Part shown: positions 9,876 to 19,991 of the stretch, one piece after another
How the letters are laid out: every line of letters starts with the position of its first letter
Numbering within the stretch: the first letter of the stretch is position 1
Source: a candidate division WOR-3 bacterium
GTDB lineage: Bacteria > Hydrothermota > Hydrothermia > LBFQ01 > DSFT01
Assembly: GCA_039802865.1 (NCBI GenBank)
Contig: JBDRXL010000005.1
Span: 6,099-70,098, forward strand
DNA: 64,000 nt
Direction: 5' to 3'
Position numbers and translations under genes: made by a program
Notes under the pieces: generated by a model
What the model saw: only the letters and a program-made list of their open reading frames with translations
Told to the model about the DNA's origin: nothing
The model's database searches: none

Positions 9876-11006
9876 TTGTTTTTATCTGACCTTTCATTAT
9901 ATTTTCTCTTTGCCCCTGCTTACAATTATAAATTTCTAATTTATTCAGAAAACTCATATACATTAAATAACTTTCAAGTTGAATATAAAGGGAAGTTATA
10001 CTTTTTTAGAAATGATGTAAATTCATTTTCTCCAACTCAACTTTCTTCAAAATTCTCATATAGCTATAAAATAAATATGTTTAAACTCTTTATAGAACAT
10101 TTTTGTGAAAATACAATAAATTACAAGCCTTATGATATTAAGCGGTTTGATATATTGGGGTTAAAATATAGGAATCTTTCAATAGGATGGACATTTAATA
10201 AAAGATATGTAGATTATGAGTTTTGGTTTATTTATGAATTTCATTATTCATTGCTTAAAGGAAACTTTTATATAGGAATAAGCGAAAACTTTAAAAAATT
10301 CTATCCATTTATATCAATATGGCTATTAAACATTTCTGGTTTTGAAACAATTTTTAATCCAAATAGCGCTGATACACTAAACACAAAAGAAATACCATTT
10401 GATAATCCATTAAAATTATTTTTATTTGGTGCTAATAGTGGTTTAAATTCAATAAATGGTTATTTTGAAATAAGCAAATATATTCCTATAAACGATTATA
10501 TTTACAATTTCAATTACAAATATGCTGTAAATTTCTTACTAAAAGAAAAAATTTTATTTAAAACTTTTCTTGAAGCAAATTCAGTAACTCAATTAATATA
10601 CCCAAAATGGCTAATTTTACAAATTAGAGCATTATATAAAGGCTTTGGAATAGGTTTAAGTGAGCTTTATACAACAAATATAAGAGAAGATGATTTAATT
10701 TTTAGAAGAAGTGAGTATTTTTTAAACTTTTATAAAAGCTTTAAGTTTTTTGAAATAGATACAAGATATAGATTTATGAAAAGTGATAGTTTAAAGAGCT
10801 TTTATATGAATTTAAATGTTGATATTCAAAAATCTATATTTTTCTTAAATTCAAAATTTGAAATTATCAATAAAGATGTGGATATTTATCTCGGGATTAA
10901 TTATAAGCAGTTTAGAATTTATTATTTAAAGAAATTTAGAAATAAGGGAAGTTTTGATTATTTTTCAAATGAAGATGATTTATTTGGAATTTTAATTAAG
11001 CTTTAA
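9876..11006 (+). CDS. Hypothetical protein, possibly an outer-membrane beta-barrel
   Basis: 376-aa ORF with TTG start, aromatic-rich alternating strands, C-terminus DDLFGILIKL; no family motif recognised. Confidence 0.5.
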   Translation: MFLSDLSLYFLFAPAYNYKFLIYSENSYTLNNFQVEYKGKLYFFRNDVNSFSPTQLSSKFSYSYKINMFKLFIEHFCENTINYKPYDIKRFDILGLKYRNLSIGWTFNKRYVDYEFWFIYEFHYSLLKGNFYIGISENFKKFYPFISIWLLNISGFETIFNPNSADTLNTKEIPFDNPLKLFLFGANSGLNSINGYFEISKYIPINDYIYNFNYKYAVNFLLKEKILFKTFLEANSVTQLIYPKWLILQIRALYKGFGIGLSELYTTNIREDDLIFRRSEYFLNFYKSFKFFEIDTRYRFMKSDSLKSFYMNLNVDIQKSIFFLNSKFEIINKDVDIYLGINYKQFRIYYLKKFRNKGSFDYFSNEDDLFGILIKL

Positions 11007-11015
11007 AATTTCAAA

Positions 11016-11456
11016 ATGATTGGAACCTTAGTTCCTATTTTTGAAGGGATAGCAACAAATGGAGAAATAATTACAAATGAAACGATAAAAGGTAAATGGA
11101 CAATAATTTTCTTTTATCCAAAAGCTTTTACCCCAGGTTGCACAAATGAAGTTTGTAATTTAAGAGATAATTATTCAAACTTACTAAAATACAATGTAAA
11201 TATATATGGTATAAGTAGAGATGATATAGATACTCAAAAGAAATTTAAAGAGAAATACAATCTTCAATATGAGCTTATAGCGGACCCAGAGGGCAAAATT
11301 ATAAAAGCTTTTGGTGTAGCTGGAATTGGAGGAAATGCACAAAGAAAAACTTTTATAATAAATCCAGAAGGCAAAATTGTTTATATATTTGAGAAAGTTG
11401 ATACAAAAAATCACGCACAACAAATAGAAGAAGTGTTAAAAAATTTAATGAAATAA
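11016..11456 (+). CDS. bcp: Peroxiredoxin, BCP type
   Basis: FFYPKAFTPGCTNEVC, GISRD, RKTFIINPEG. Confidence 0.9.
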   Translation: MIGTLVPIFEGIATNGEIITNETIKGKWTIIFFYPKAFTPGCTNEVCNLRDNYSNLLKYNVNIYGISRDDIDTQKKFKEKYNLQYELIADPEGKIIKAFGVAGIGGNAQRKTFIINPEGKIVYIFEKVDTKNHAQQIEEVLKNLMK

Positions 11457-11457
11457 T

Positions 11458-12255
11458 TTGATAGGGGTTTTTTTAATTCCATTTGATAAAGGTGTAATTT
11501 CAAGACCAGGTTCTAAATTGGCTCCTAATAAAATAAAGAGTTATTTAATGAACCTAAATTTTAAAAATAAAGAAATACTAAAATTTTTTGAAATAGAACT
11601 TGAAAATTTTGACACTTACAAAGCTCATCAAGAAATTTACAATTTCATAAAAAAGCATTTAAATTATGAGTTTTATGTTTTTATAGGAGGAGACCATTCA
11701 ATTACATATGCAACATTTAAAGCTATAAATTCTACTCTTAAAAATCCCCTTATTATAAATATCGATAAACATTTTGATATTAGAGATTGGTCCTTTGATA
11801 ATATATCAAGTGGAACTTCTTTTAGTAGGCTTTTAGATGAAAAAATTATTGAACCTAAGCAATTGATAGAAATTGGAATAATGGATTTTTATAATAGCGA
11901 TTATTTATTTCAAAAAGCCAAAAATTATGGATTTGAATTTATTAAAATGCTTGAAATAAAGAAAAACTTTAAAGATGTTATTAAAAAAATAGAAGAAAAA
12001 ATGAAAAATTTTGATAGTATTTATTTGAGCATAGATATAGACGTGATGGATAGTTCAATATGTCCTGGAAGTAGTGCCAGCTCTCCTTTTGGATTAAGAC
12101 AAGAGGAAATTTTTGAGATAATAGACTTAATAATAAGTAGCAAAAAATTAAAAGCCTTAGATATTGTTGAGACAAATCCTCTTGTAGATTTTGATGATAA
12201 TACTTCCAAATTTTCCGCACTAATTCTTGCTTACATAATTAGTCAAATTAAATAA
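11458..12255 (+). CDS. Arginase/formimidoylglutamase-family ureohydrolase
   Basis: RPGSKLAP, GGDHS, IDKHFD, SGTSF, SIDIDVMD, PG, DIVETNP. Confidence 0.8.
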   Translation: MIGVFLIPFDKGVISRPGSKLAPNKIKSYLMNLNFKNKEILKFFEIELENFDTYKAHQEIYNFIKKHLNYEFYVFIGGDHSITYATFKAINSTLKNPLIINIDKHFDIRDWSFDNISSGTSFSRLLDEKIIEPKQLIEIGIMDFYNSDYLFQKAKNYGFEFIKMLEIKKNFKDVIKKIEEKMKNFDSIYLSIDIDVMDSSICPGSSASSPFGLRQEEIFEIIDLIISSKKLKALDIVETNPLVDFDDNTSKFSALILAYIISQIK

Positions 12256-12534
12256 TTTTTCTTACCGTATTATCTTTATTTTAAATTGCCAAATTAAGTT
12301 AAAAATATATAATAAAAATTTTAATAAATTGTCTATTTAGAAAAAGTAAATTATTAAAATTTAAAATTGATAAATTCAAAAAATAATTTAAAAATAAGTT
12401 TTTTATCAAATAAGAATTAATCATTTTAACCTTAAATTTAACAATAAAACTATTAAAATATAAATTGCCAATTTAATTTAAAAATTTTTTGATTTGAAAT
12501 TTTAATAGGGGGGTATTTTAAAATGAGGGGGGAC

Positions 12535-12564
12535 TTGAAAAGGGGTAATTTGATGCTTTAAAAT
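12535..12564 (+). promoter_or_regulatory. Sigma70-type promoter of hup
   Basis: TTGAAA (12535-12540), 18-nt spacer, TAAAAT (12559-12564); SD aaggaggtg before ATG 12613. Confidence 0.6.
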
Positions 12565-12574
12565 TTTCACACTT

Positions 12575-12589
12575 GCAGTGGAAGGGGTC
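12575..12589. repeat. Left arm of a perfect 15-bp inverted repeat flanking hup
   Basis: gcagtggaaggggtc is the exact reverse complement of 12899-12913. Confidence 0.9.
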
Positions 12590-12612
12590 AAAAAACAAAA
12601 AGGAGGTGAAGT

Positions 12613-12885
12613 ATGAACAAAGCCCAACTTATAAATGAAGTAGCAAAGAGAGCTGATTTAACAAAGAAGGAAGCAAAAGCCGCTGTTGATGCGGTATTTT
12701 CCGCAATAAAGGATGCCCTTGCAAAAGGGCAAAAAGTAAGACTCATTGGTTTTGGAACATTTGAAGTAAGAAAGAGATCAGCAAGAAAAGGTAAGAATCC
12801 AAAAACTGGTCAAACCATTAACATACCTGCAAGAAAAGTTCCTGCATTTAAAGCATCCGCTGAATTAAAGAAACTTGTAAAGTAA
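12613..12885 (+). CDS. hup: DNA-binding protein HU
   Basis: [34 protein letters not shown]. Confidence 0.97.
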   Translation: MNKAQLINEVAKRADLTKKEAKAAVDAVFSAIKDALAKGQKVRLIGFGTFEVRKRSARKGKNPKTGQTINIPARKVPAFKASAELKKLVK

Positions 12886-12898
12886 AAACAAAAAACCC

Positions 12899-12913
12899 GA
12901 CCCCTTCCACTGC
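12899..12913. repeat. Right arm of the 15-bp inverted repeat flanking hup
   Basis: gaccccttccactgc. Confidence 0.9.
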
Positions 12914-12915
12914 TC

Positions 12916-14268
12916 TTAAAACAAAATCAAGGAAGCAAGTGTAAAATAAGCGGTATAAGTAATAATATCTCCAATTGTTGTAATAAGAGGAATTCCAACA
13001 CCTGCCGGATCTATGTTCATCTTCCTTAAAATTATTGGAGTTATAAATCCAAATGTATTAGCAACAATACAAGATATAATTGAAGATAAACTAACTACAA
13101 AAGCAAGATTAATATAAAAATTCCCTCTAAATAATGCTATTATAAACATTCCAAGAGCTACAAAAATAGATATTAATAAAATTGTTGAAAATTCCCTCCA
13201 AAAGAACTTCAAAAATGCTCTTAAATTTCTTTCAATTTCACCTGTTGCAATAGCCCTTATAGTAAAAGCAGAAGCCTGTGAGCCTATAATTCCTGTTGTA
13301 TTTGCTAAATTCGGTAAGAAAAATGTTAGAACTGTTAAATGAGCAATTATTTTATCAAAACTATTTAATACCCAACCTGAAAAATTTCCCAAAACTATCA
13401 TAATAAATATTGCAGGAATTCTTTTTAAAACCTTATCTTTATAAGATAGTTCAAAATACTTTGCCTCTGGATCAACCAAACCTACAAATCTATAAATATC
13501 TTCTGTTGCTTCTTCTTCCATAACATCCATAACATCATCAATTGTAATAATTCCAAGTATTCTATTTTCTTTATCAACAACAGGCAAAATTAATAAGTCA
13601 TAATTTTTCATAATTTGAGCAGCAATTTCTCTTTTATCATATGCCGAAACATATAATATATTTTCACTAATATCAGAAAGTTTTAAATTTTTATCACTCC
13701 TTACAATTTTTGTTAATTTTGCATAACCCTTTAACTTATTATCCTTTGAAATTATAAAAATTCCCAATAGGGCTTCATCAGAAATATCACTACTTCTTAT
13801 AATTTCAAGTGCCTGTTCAATAGTAACATTTTCTTCAATTGCTAAAAATTCTGTATTCATTATTCTTCCACAAGAATCTTCTGGATAATTTAATAATTTA
13901 AGAGCAATATCTCTTTCTTCCTTTGGTAAAATTGAAATAATTTTTTGAACCAAAGCAGGTGGAAGTTCCTCAAAAAGAGCAATTTTATCATCATCATCAA
14001 TCTCCTCAAATATCTCTAATAATTGTTTATCAGAAAATGTTTTTATAATTTCTTCAAGTTTATATCCCTCCAAATAAGTAATAACATCTGAGCATTTCTC
14101 ACTATCAAGCAATCTTAAAATAATAACTGCTTTACTTGGCTCTAAATCTTCTATAATTTCTGCTATATCAAAAGGGTGAAGATTTTGAACAAGGACTTTT
14201 AATGATTTAAAGTCCTTTTCTTCTATAGCTTCAATAATTTCAGGAAGTAATAATTGGGATATTCTCAA
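12916..14268 (-). CDS. mgtE: Magnesium transporter MgtE
   Basis: YPEDSCGRIMNTE, CBS pair, GIITIDD, GSQAS, DPA...PLITTIGD. Confidence 0.93.
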   Translation of the reverse strand: MRISQLLLPEIIEAIEEKDFKSLKVLVQNLHPFDIAEIIEDLEPSKAVIILRLLDSEKCSDVITYLEGYKLEEIIKTFSDKQLLEIFEEIDDDDKIALFEELPPALVQKIISILPKEERDIALKLLNYPEDSCGRIMNTEFLAIEENVTIEQALEIIRSSDISDEALLGIFIISKDNKLKGYAKLTKIVRSDKNLKLSDISENILYVSAYDKREIAAQIMKNYDLLILPVVDKENRILGIITIDDVMDVMEEEATEDIYRFVGLVDPEAKYFELSYKDKVLKRIPAIFIMIVLGNFSGWVLNSFDKIIAHLTVLTFFLPNLANTTGIIGSQASAFTIRAIATGEIERNLRAFLKFFWREFSTILLISIFVALGMFIIALFRGNFYINLAFVVSLSSIISCIVANTFGFITPIILRKMNIDPAGVGIPLITTIGDIITYTAYFTLASLILF

Positions 14269-14280
14269 AGTTTGAAAATT

Positions 14281-16065
14281 TTAAAGAACTGCTTGTAATT
14301 CAACTAAATCCTTATAAATCTCACACCTCTTTAATAACTCTTCATGTTTTCCAACATCTACAATTTTTCCATCCTTCATAACAACAATTTTATCTGTAAA
14401 TAAAATAGAGCTAATTCTATGAGTGATTATAATAGCGGTTTTATTATATAAAAACTTTTCAAGTGCTTGAATAATTTTTTCTTCACTTTGAGCATCTACA
14501 TTACTTGTAGGCTCATCTAATAGTATAATTTCAGGTTCTCTTAAAATTGCCCTTGCTATGGTAAGTCTTTGTCTTTGACCCCCAGATAAGTTTAACCCCC
14601 CTTCTGAAATTTTATAAAAATACTTATTTGGCAAACTTTCTATAAAATCATCTATATTTGCTAATCTGCAAGCATATTCAACTTTATCTAAGCTAATATG
14701 CTTTCCAAGTGTTAAATTATCATAAATAGAACCTTCAAAGAGAAATGGCTCTTGTGGAACAAATGCTATTTTCTCTCTATAACTTTCAATATCATAATCC
14801 CATAAATCAATGTTATCTATAAGAATTTTTCCAGTTGTTGGCTTTAAAAGTCCTGCTATAATTTCAATAAGTGTAGTTTTTCCTGCTCCTGAAAGTCCAA
14901 CTATTCCTACTTTTTCACCTCTTTTTATAGTTAAATTTATATCTTTTAAAATCAATTTATCACCATAATAAAAACTAACATTTTCCAAAACAATTTTCTC
15001 TTTCAACCTTTCAAACTTAATAATTCCACCCCTTGGCTCATCTTCTACATTCAAAAATTCAAGTGTTCTCTTATAAACAGAAATTCCCCTTTGAATATGA
15101 CTATTTGCCTTAAAAATCCTCTTTATTGGACTAATACTTGAAACAATTAAAATAAGAAAAACTATAAACTGGTCACTTGTTATTATTGATTTAGTAAAAA
15201 CCGCATTTGATATATAAATTAAAAATAAAATTATTGGAATTGAAACAACAAATTCAGAAAAATTAGAAGAGAAACTACCAAGTGCTTCTAACTTAACAGA
15301 TGAAAGAAAATAATTCTTTGAAATTTTATTAAATTTTTCACTTTCAATATTTTGATTTGAAAATATCTTAATCACTTTTATACCCCTTACAACAGAATTA
15401 ATATAAGAACTAATTTGAGCCATATTTTGATTCAATTTATTCCAGCGATAATTCATAGCTTTTGAAATTAAAAAAAGTAAAATCCCAAGTGGAATAGCTA
15501 TTAAAATTCCAAAAATTAAAAGATTAAAAGCAATTACAATACAAATTGATAAATAAACAATAAGTCTTACAAAAGAAAATATAAATTCAAAAATTCCTTC
15601 CGTTAAAGAACCTTTCAATAACTTAACATCATTTACAAATCTACTTAAAATTTCACCACTACTATTTGTATTTATCCAATAAACTGGAAGTTTTACAAGC
15701 TTTAAAAACATCTTATTTCTCAATTCCATTATGATTTTCTCCTCTGTATAACTAACAATTAAATCCTTAACAAATAAAATTAAAAATTTTAAGAAAAATA
15801 TAGCAAATGTTAAAATTGCAAGTCTTAAAATTGCAGTTTTTGGTTCCACTTCAAAAAATATATCTTTTATTATTTCATCTAAAAATTCAAGCTCCTTAAC
15901 ATTTGAAAAAATTCTTGGTGCTTCTTGACTATTTAAAATAATTCTTAAAGCAATTGGTAAAGAAGTAAAAGAAATACTTTCAACAATTGATGCCAAAAAT
16001 ACTAAAATTATTAAGAGAAATATACTTAATTTTCTTGATAATAAAAATTTCAAAAATTCTCTCAT
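14281..16065 (-). CDS. ABC exporter, fused permease/ATPase (MsbA-like)
   Basis: Transmembrane N-half, GLSGAGKTT, LSGGQRQR, LLDEPTSNVD, ITHR. Confidence 0.9.
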   Translation of the reverse strand: MREFLKFLLSRKLSIFLLIILVFLASIVESISFTSLPIALRIILNSQEAPRIFSNVKELEFLDEIIKDIFFEVEPKTAILRLAILTFAIFFLKFLILFVKDLIVSYTEEKIIMELRNKMFLKLVKLPVYWINTNSSGEILSRFVNDVKLLKGSLTEGIFEFIFSFVRLIVYLSICIVIAFNLLIFGILIAIPLGILLFLISKAMNYRWNKLNQNMAQISSYINSVVRGIKVIKIFSNQNIESEKFNKISKNYFLSSVKLEALGSFSSNFSEFVVSIPIILFLIYISNAVFTKSIITSDQFIVFLILIVSSISPIKRIFKANSHIQRGISVYKRTLEFLNVEDEPRGGIIKFERLKEKIVLENVSFYYGDKLILKDINLTIKRGEKVGIVGLSGAGKTTLIEIIAGLLKPTTGKILIDNIDLWDYDIESYREKIAFVPQEPFLFEGSIYDNLTLGKHISLDKVEYACRLANIDDFIESLPNKYFYKISEGGLNLSGGQRQRLTIARAILREPEIILLDEPTSNVDAQSEEKIIQALEKFLYNKTAIIITHRISSILFTDKIVVMKDGKIVDVGKHEELLKRCEIYKDLVELQAVL

Positions 16066-17117
16066 ATTTTCAAAAACATAAAAATTAAAGCTTCCAAAAC
16101 TATTACTACAATTATTAAAATTTCAAGAAATTCAAGCCTTCTATGTGAAACTTGGGCACTTAAAAAGTTATATATCTCAAATAATGTTCTTTCTTTACTA
16201 TCTATACTTCTTTGCCAGCTATATGCTCCTAAAATTTCAAGCATTTTTGAATAAATTTTTGCAAAATAAGAATCTTCAATAATTTTAAGACTATTTAAAA
16301 TCATTTCTTTTGCTTCAGTAATTTCATTATATAGCAATAGCAATCTCTTTAAAACTCTTTGATATTTTGGATATTCAAAAATTGAGCCTCTAAAATGCTC
16401 TATGGTATTATAAGTCTCATCAAGAACACTATCTAAATAACTATCATAATATCTTAATTCTAATAATTGAGCATTAGCAAACTCTATTAAATCCGGAACA
16501 TCCATAATTCCATCAGGTTCATATATAAAACTACTATCCCAACTTAAAATTACTAAATCTTCGTCAGAATATGAAAATTTATTTCTTAATAAACTACTTT
16601 GAGTTTGCTCACTTAAATTATATTTTTCACCAAGTAATAACTTAGCAATATCAATTTCTTCAAGAACTTCATAACTTTTCAGTTTCCTATCAAAATTTTG
16701 AACATAAACAATTGTATAATCCTCATAATCACTATAAATAGAAGGTTTTTTCAAGCAAAATTTATATTGCTCAAATACCTTATTTAAGTAAATTTTTGAA
16801 ATTTCATCAACATCTTCACCTTCAAGAATTTCTCTAAAAACTTCATATAATTTCTCAACCCTCATATTTTCCAAGGAAATTTTTAAAATTATACTAATTG
16901 CTCCAAATTCATAAAATTTTGCAAATACTTGTGTATTTAAATTTTTAAATAAAATTTCTTCAAAAAATAAAATAGCAGGCGGATTTCTAAAATATACTAA
17001 TTTTTTACCAAATTTTTTTGATATTTCTGCTCTTGCTGTTTGAATTTTAGATAAATCTATTTCACTTGCAACATCATAAATTCTATATGTTAAAATTGAA
17101 CCTCTTAATATCTTCAT
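16062..17117 (-). CDS. Conserved hypothetical protein with a C-terminal TM helix (RMD1/DUF155-like, tentative)
   Basis: 351-aa ORF coupled by ATGA overlaps; ends RRLEFLEILIIVVIVLE. Confidence 0.55.
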   Translation of the reverse strand: MKILRGSILTYRIYDVASEIDLSKIQTARAEISKKFGKKLVYFRNPPAILFFEEILFKNLNTQVFAKFYEFGAISIILKISLENMRVEKLYEVFREILEGEDVDEISKIYLNKVFEQYKFCLKKPSIYSDYEDYTIVYVQNFDRKLKSYEVLEEIDIAKLLLGEKYNLSEQTQSSLLRNKFSYSDEDLVILSWDSSFIYEPDGIMDVPDLIEFANAQLLELRYYDSYLDSVLDETYNTIEHFRGSIFEYPKYQRVLKRLLLLYNEITEAKEMILNSLKIIEDSYFAKIYSKMLEILGAYSWQRSIDSKERTLFEIYNFLSAQVSHRRLEFLEILIIVVIVLEALIFMFLKI

Positions 17118-19087
17118 TTCTTTAAAATTTTCTTTATAACTTCCTTTGCCTTTTTAAAGCTTTCGTAAGCAGAAGGTGGAATTTCATAACCCTTTTCTTT
17201 TAGTTTATTGAGTAAATCTATTTGTTTTTGAGTAGGTTTTAAATGTTTTTCTATCCATTTTAGTAATTTCTTTTGACTTTTTAATGTTTTTTCATCCAAT
17301 TCTAAATTTAATTCCTTAGCTAATTTTTGGGCCATTTCTATTTGTTTTTGAGTAGGGGGTTTATTTTCATCAAGCCATTTTGATAATTTCCTTTTATCAT
17401 TTTTAATTTCTTCACTAAGCTCAATGTTTAAATCCTTAGAGATTTTTTGAGCAAAATTTATTTGCTTTTCACTTGGTTTATTTTCTTTTATCTTTTTTTG
17501 TATATCTTTTAACTTTTCATAAATTTCCTGTGCTACTTTTTTCCAATCAAGTTTCCCCTCCTCTACTAAATCAAGTTTCTCTTCCATTTTTGCAGTAAAA
17601 TTATAATCAATTACCCAATTATATTCTTTATTAAGCCAATCTATCAATTTTTCACCAAGTTCAGTAGGGTAAAATACACCATTTTTTAGCTTTACATATT
17701 TTCTTTGTTTTAATGTTTTAATAATTTGAGCATATGTTGAAGGTCTTCCAATTGAAAGTTTTTCAAGCATTTTAATTAAAGAGCCTTCTGTATATCTTGG
17801 TGGTGGTTGAGTTTGTTTTTCTAATAATTCAACTTTGAAATTATTTAAAACTTCATTTGTTTTTAAATCTGGAATAATAACCATTTCAGGTAAATCATAA
17901 AGCTTTCTCCAACCATCAAATATAATATATTTACCTTGAGCTATCAATTTATAATTACCTGCTTTTATAATAACATTTACCTTTTTCCAGATTGCACTTT
18001 CCATTTGGCTTGCTATTGTTCTATTCCAAATAAGCTCATAAACTTTAAGAACTTTTAAAGGTAAATTTAATTTCTTCGGTTCTCTATTTGGACTTATAAT
18101 AGATGGTCTAATTGCTTCATGGGCTTCTTGTGCAAACTTTTTTGATTTAAAAACTCTTATTTTCTTTGGAACATATTCCTCACCCATATTATGCTTAATA
18201 TATCCCCTTATTTTCACAATTATATTCTCATTTATCTTCACACTATCCGTTCTATGATATGTAATATAACCATTCTCATATAGAAATTGAGCAATATTCA
18301 TAGTTTCTTCTGGACTAATTTTTAAAATTTTACTAGCATCCTCTTGAAGCGTAGCGGTTCTATATGGAGCAGGAGGACTTTCCTTTTCTTCTATTTCATT
18401 TATAGAATAAACAATATGCTCACTATTTTTAATTTCTTGAAAAATTTTTTCCGCCTCTTCTTTATTATATATATTTTCAGTAAGTTTTGCTACAAATTCT
18501 AAATTTCCTTTTTTATAAATTACTTGAATTTGATAATATGTTTTAGGCTTAAAATTCCTAATTTCCCTCTCACGCTCAACAATTAACCTTAAAGCTGGAC
18601 TTTGAACTCTACCCACTGATAATTTTCCTCCTAAGGTTTTACTTGCTAATGGCGATAAAAAATAACCTACAATTCTATCTATAACTCTTCTTGCAAATTG
18701 AGAATAAACCCTATTATAATCTATATCTCTTGGGTTTTTAAGGGCATTTTTTATTTCATCTTCAATTATTGCATGTAATTCAATCCTTTTATAATTTTTG
18801 GGCTTTGTTCTATCAATAATATGATAAGCAATTGCCTCACCTTCCCTATCAGGGTCCGTTGATATATATACAATTTCTGCTTTTTTAACAATTTGCTTTA
18901 ATTCATTTATAATTTTTGATTTTCCTTTTATAGGAATAAAGAACATTTTAAAATCATTAAAATCTATACCAATTTTATCTTCTGGCAAATCTACAATATG
19001 CCCAAGCGTTGCTTTTATAAGATAGCCTTTTAAAAATTTACTAATTGTTTTAGCTTTTGATGGACTTTCAACAATAATCAACTTCAT
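17114..19087 (-). CDS. topA: DNA topoisomerase I (type IA)
   Basis: LIIVESPSKAK, TDPDREGE, SVGRVQS, ITYHRTDS, AHEAIRP, IGRPSTY. Confidence 0.95.
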   Translation of the reverse strand: MKLIIVESPSKAKTISKFLKGYLIKATLGHIVDLPEDKIGIDFNDFKMFFIPIKGKSKIINELKQIVKKAEIVYISTDPDREGEAIAYHIIDRTKPKNYKRIELHAIIEDEIKNALKNPRDIDYNRVYSQFARRVIDRIVGYFLSPLASKTLGGKLSVGRVQSPALRLIVEREREIRNFKPKTYYQIQVIYKKGNLEFVAKLTENIYNKEEAEKIFQEIKNSEHIVYSINEIEEKESPPAPYRTATLQEDASKILKISPEETMNIAQFLYENGYITYHRTDSVKINENIIVKIRGYIKHNMGEEYVPKKIRVFKSKKFAQEAHEAIRPSIISPNREPKKLNLPLKVLKVYELIWNRTIASQMESAIWKKVNVIIKAGNYKLIAQGKYIIFDGWRKLYDLPEMVIIPDLKTNEVLNNFKVELLEKQTQPPPRYTEGSLIKMLEKLSIGRPSTYAQIIKTLKQRKYVKLKNGVFYPTELGEKLIDWLNKEYNWVIDYNFTAKMEEKLDLVEEGKLDWKKVAQEIYEKLKDIQKKIKENKPSEKQINFAQKISKDLNIELSEEIKNDKRKLSKWLDENKPPTQKQIEMAQKLAKELNLELDEKTLKSQKKLLKWIEKHLKPTQKQIDLLNKLKEKGYEIPPSAYESFKKAKEVIKKILKK

Positions 19088-19989
19088 AGTTTTAAAATAT
19101 CATCTAAAACATGCTCATTAATATTTCCACCACTTAATATAAACATACCCTTAGAGATATTAACTTTTTGAAATAAAAAAACCGCTAAACTAATAGCTCC
19201 CGCTCCCTCCAATATAAAACCTAAATTATAATATGCCCATTTAATGGCTTCTTTAATTTCTTCCTCACTTACTAAAATAACATCTTCTAATTTTTCTTTT
19301 AATATATTAAATGTTAAATTGCTTGGATATTTTAACTTTATACCATCTGCAAGTGTTTCCTTTGGTTCAATTTCTACAATTTTATTACTTTTAAATGAAT
19401 AATAAAAGCTTGGAGCATTTTCAGATACAACTCCATAAATTTTAACATTTGGTTTTTTCTCCTTAATATATAATGAAATTCCACTTGCAAGTCCTCCACC
19501 CCCAATTGGTATAAATAAATATTCAAAATCATAATTTTCAATTTCTAATCCAATAGTGCTTTGACCCTCAATAATATCTAAATCATCATATGGATGAACA
19601 AATAATAAATTCTCATTTTCAGATAATTTTTTAGCATAGTTTAAGCTTTCATTTAAATGATTTCCATAAAAAATTGGCTCATATCCATAATTTCTAATTT
19701 TATTAACTTTTATTTGAGGGGTATTTTCAGGTATAATAATTTTCACATTTTTGATATTTAAATCAGAACAAACTTTTGCAACTGCTTGTGCATGATTTCC
19801 ACTTGATGCACAAATAACTCCATTTAAATTATTTAAATTTTTTAAAATTTTATTATAGGCACCACGGGGTTTAAATGAACCTGATTTTTGCAGATTTTCA
19901 AGCTTAAAATAAAAATTTTTATAACTTATGACTGGGGTTTTCCTTATATAATTTTTTATTCTTTCATATGCACTTTGTGTATCTATCAT
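19084..19989 (-). CDS. PLP-dependent threonine/serine dehydratase (no ACT domain)
   Basis: KLENLQKSGSFKPRG, SSGNHAQ, PIGGGGL, LSGGN. Start placed at ATG 19989 because the track start lies inside tRNA-Val. Confidence 0.88.
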   Translation of the reverse strand: MIDTQSAYERIKNYIRKTPVISYKNFYFKLENLQKSGSFKPRGAYNKILKNLNNLNGVICASSGNHAQAVAKVCSDLNIKNVKIIIPENTPQIKVNKIRNYGYEPIFYGNHLNESLNYAKKLSENENLLFVHPYDDLDIIEGQSTIGLEIENYDFEYLFIPIGGGGLASGISLYIKEKKPNVKIYGVVSENAPSFYYSFKSNKIVEIEPKETLADGIKLKYPSNLTFNILKEKLEDVILVSEEEIKEAIKWAYYNLGFILEGAGAISLAVFLFQKVNISKGMFILSGGNINEHVLDDILKL

Positions 19990-19991
19990 AA

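Noticed and set aside
12256-12500. Extremely AT-rich intergenic stretch as a possible replication origin
   Set aside because: No cluster of DnaA boxes (TTATCCACA-like) was seen and no dnaA/dnaN-type neighbours are present.
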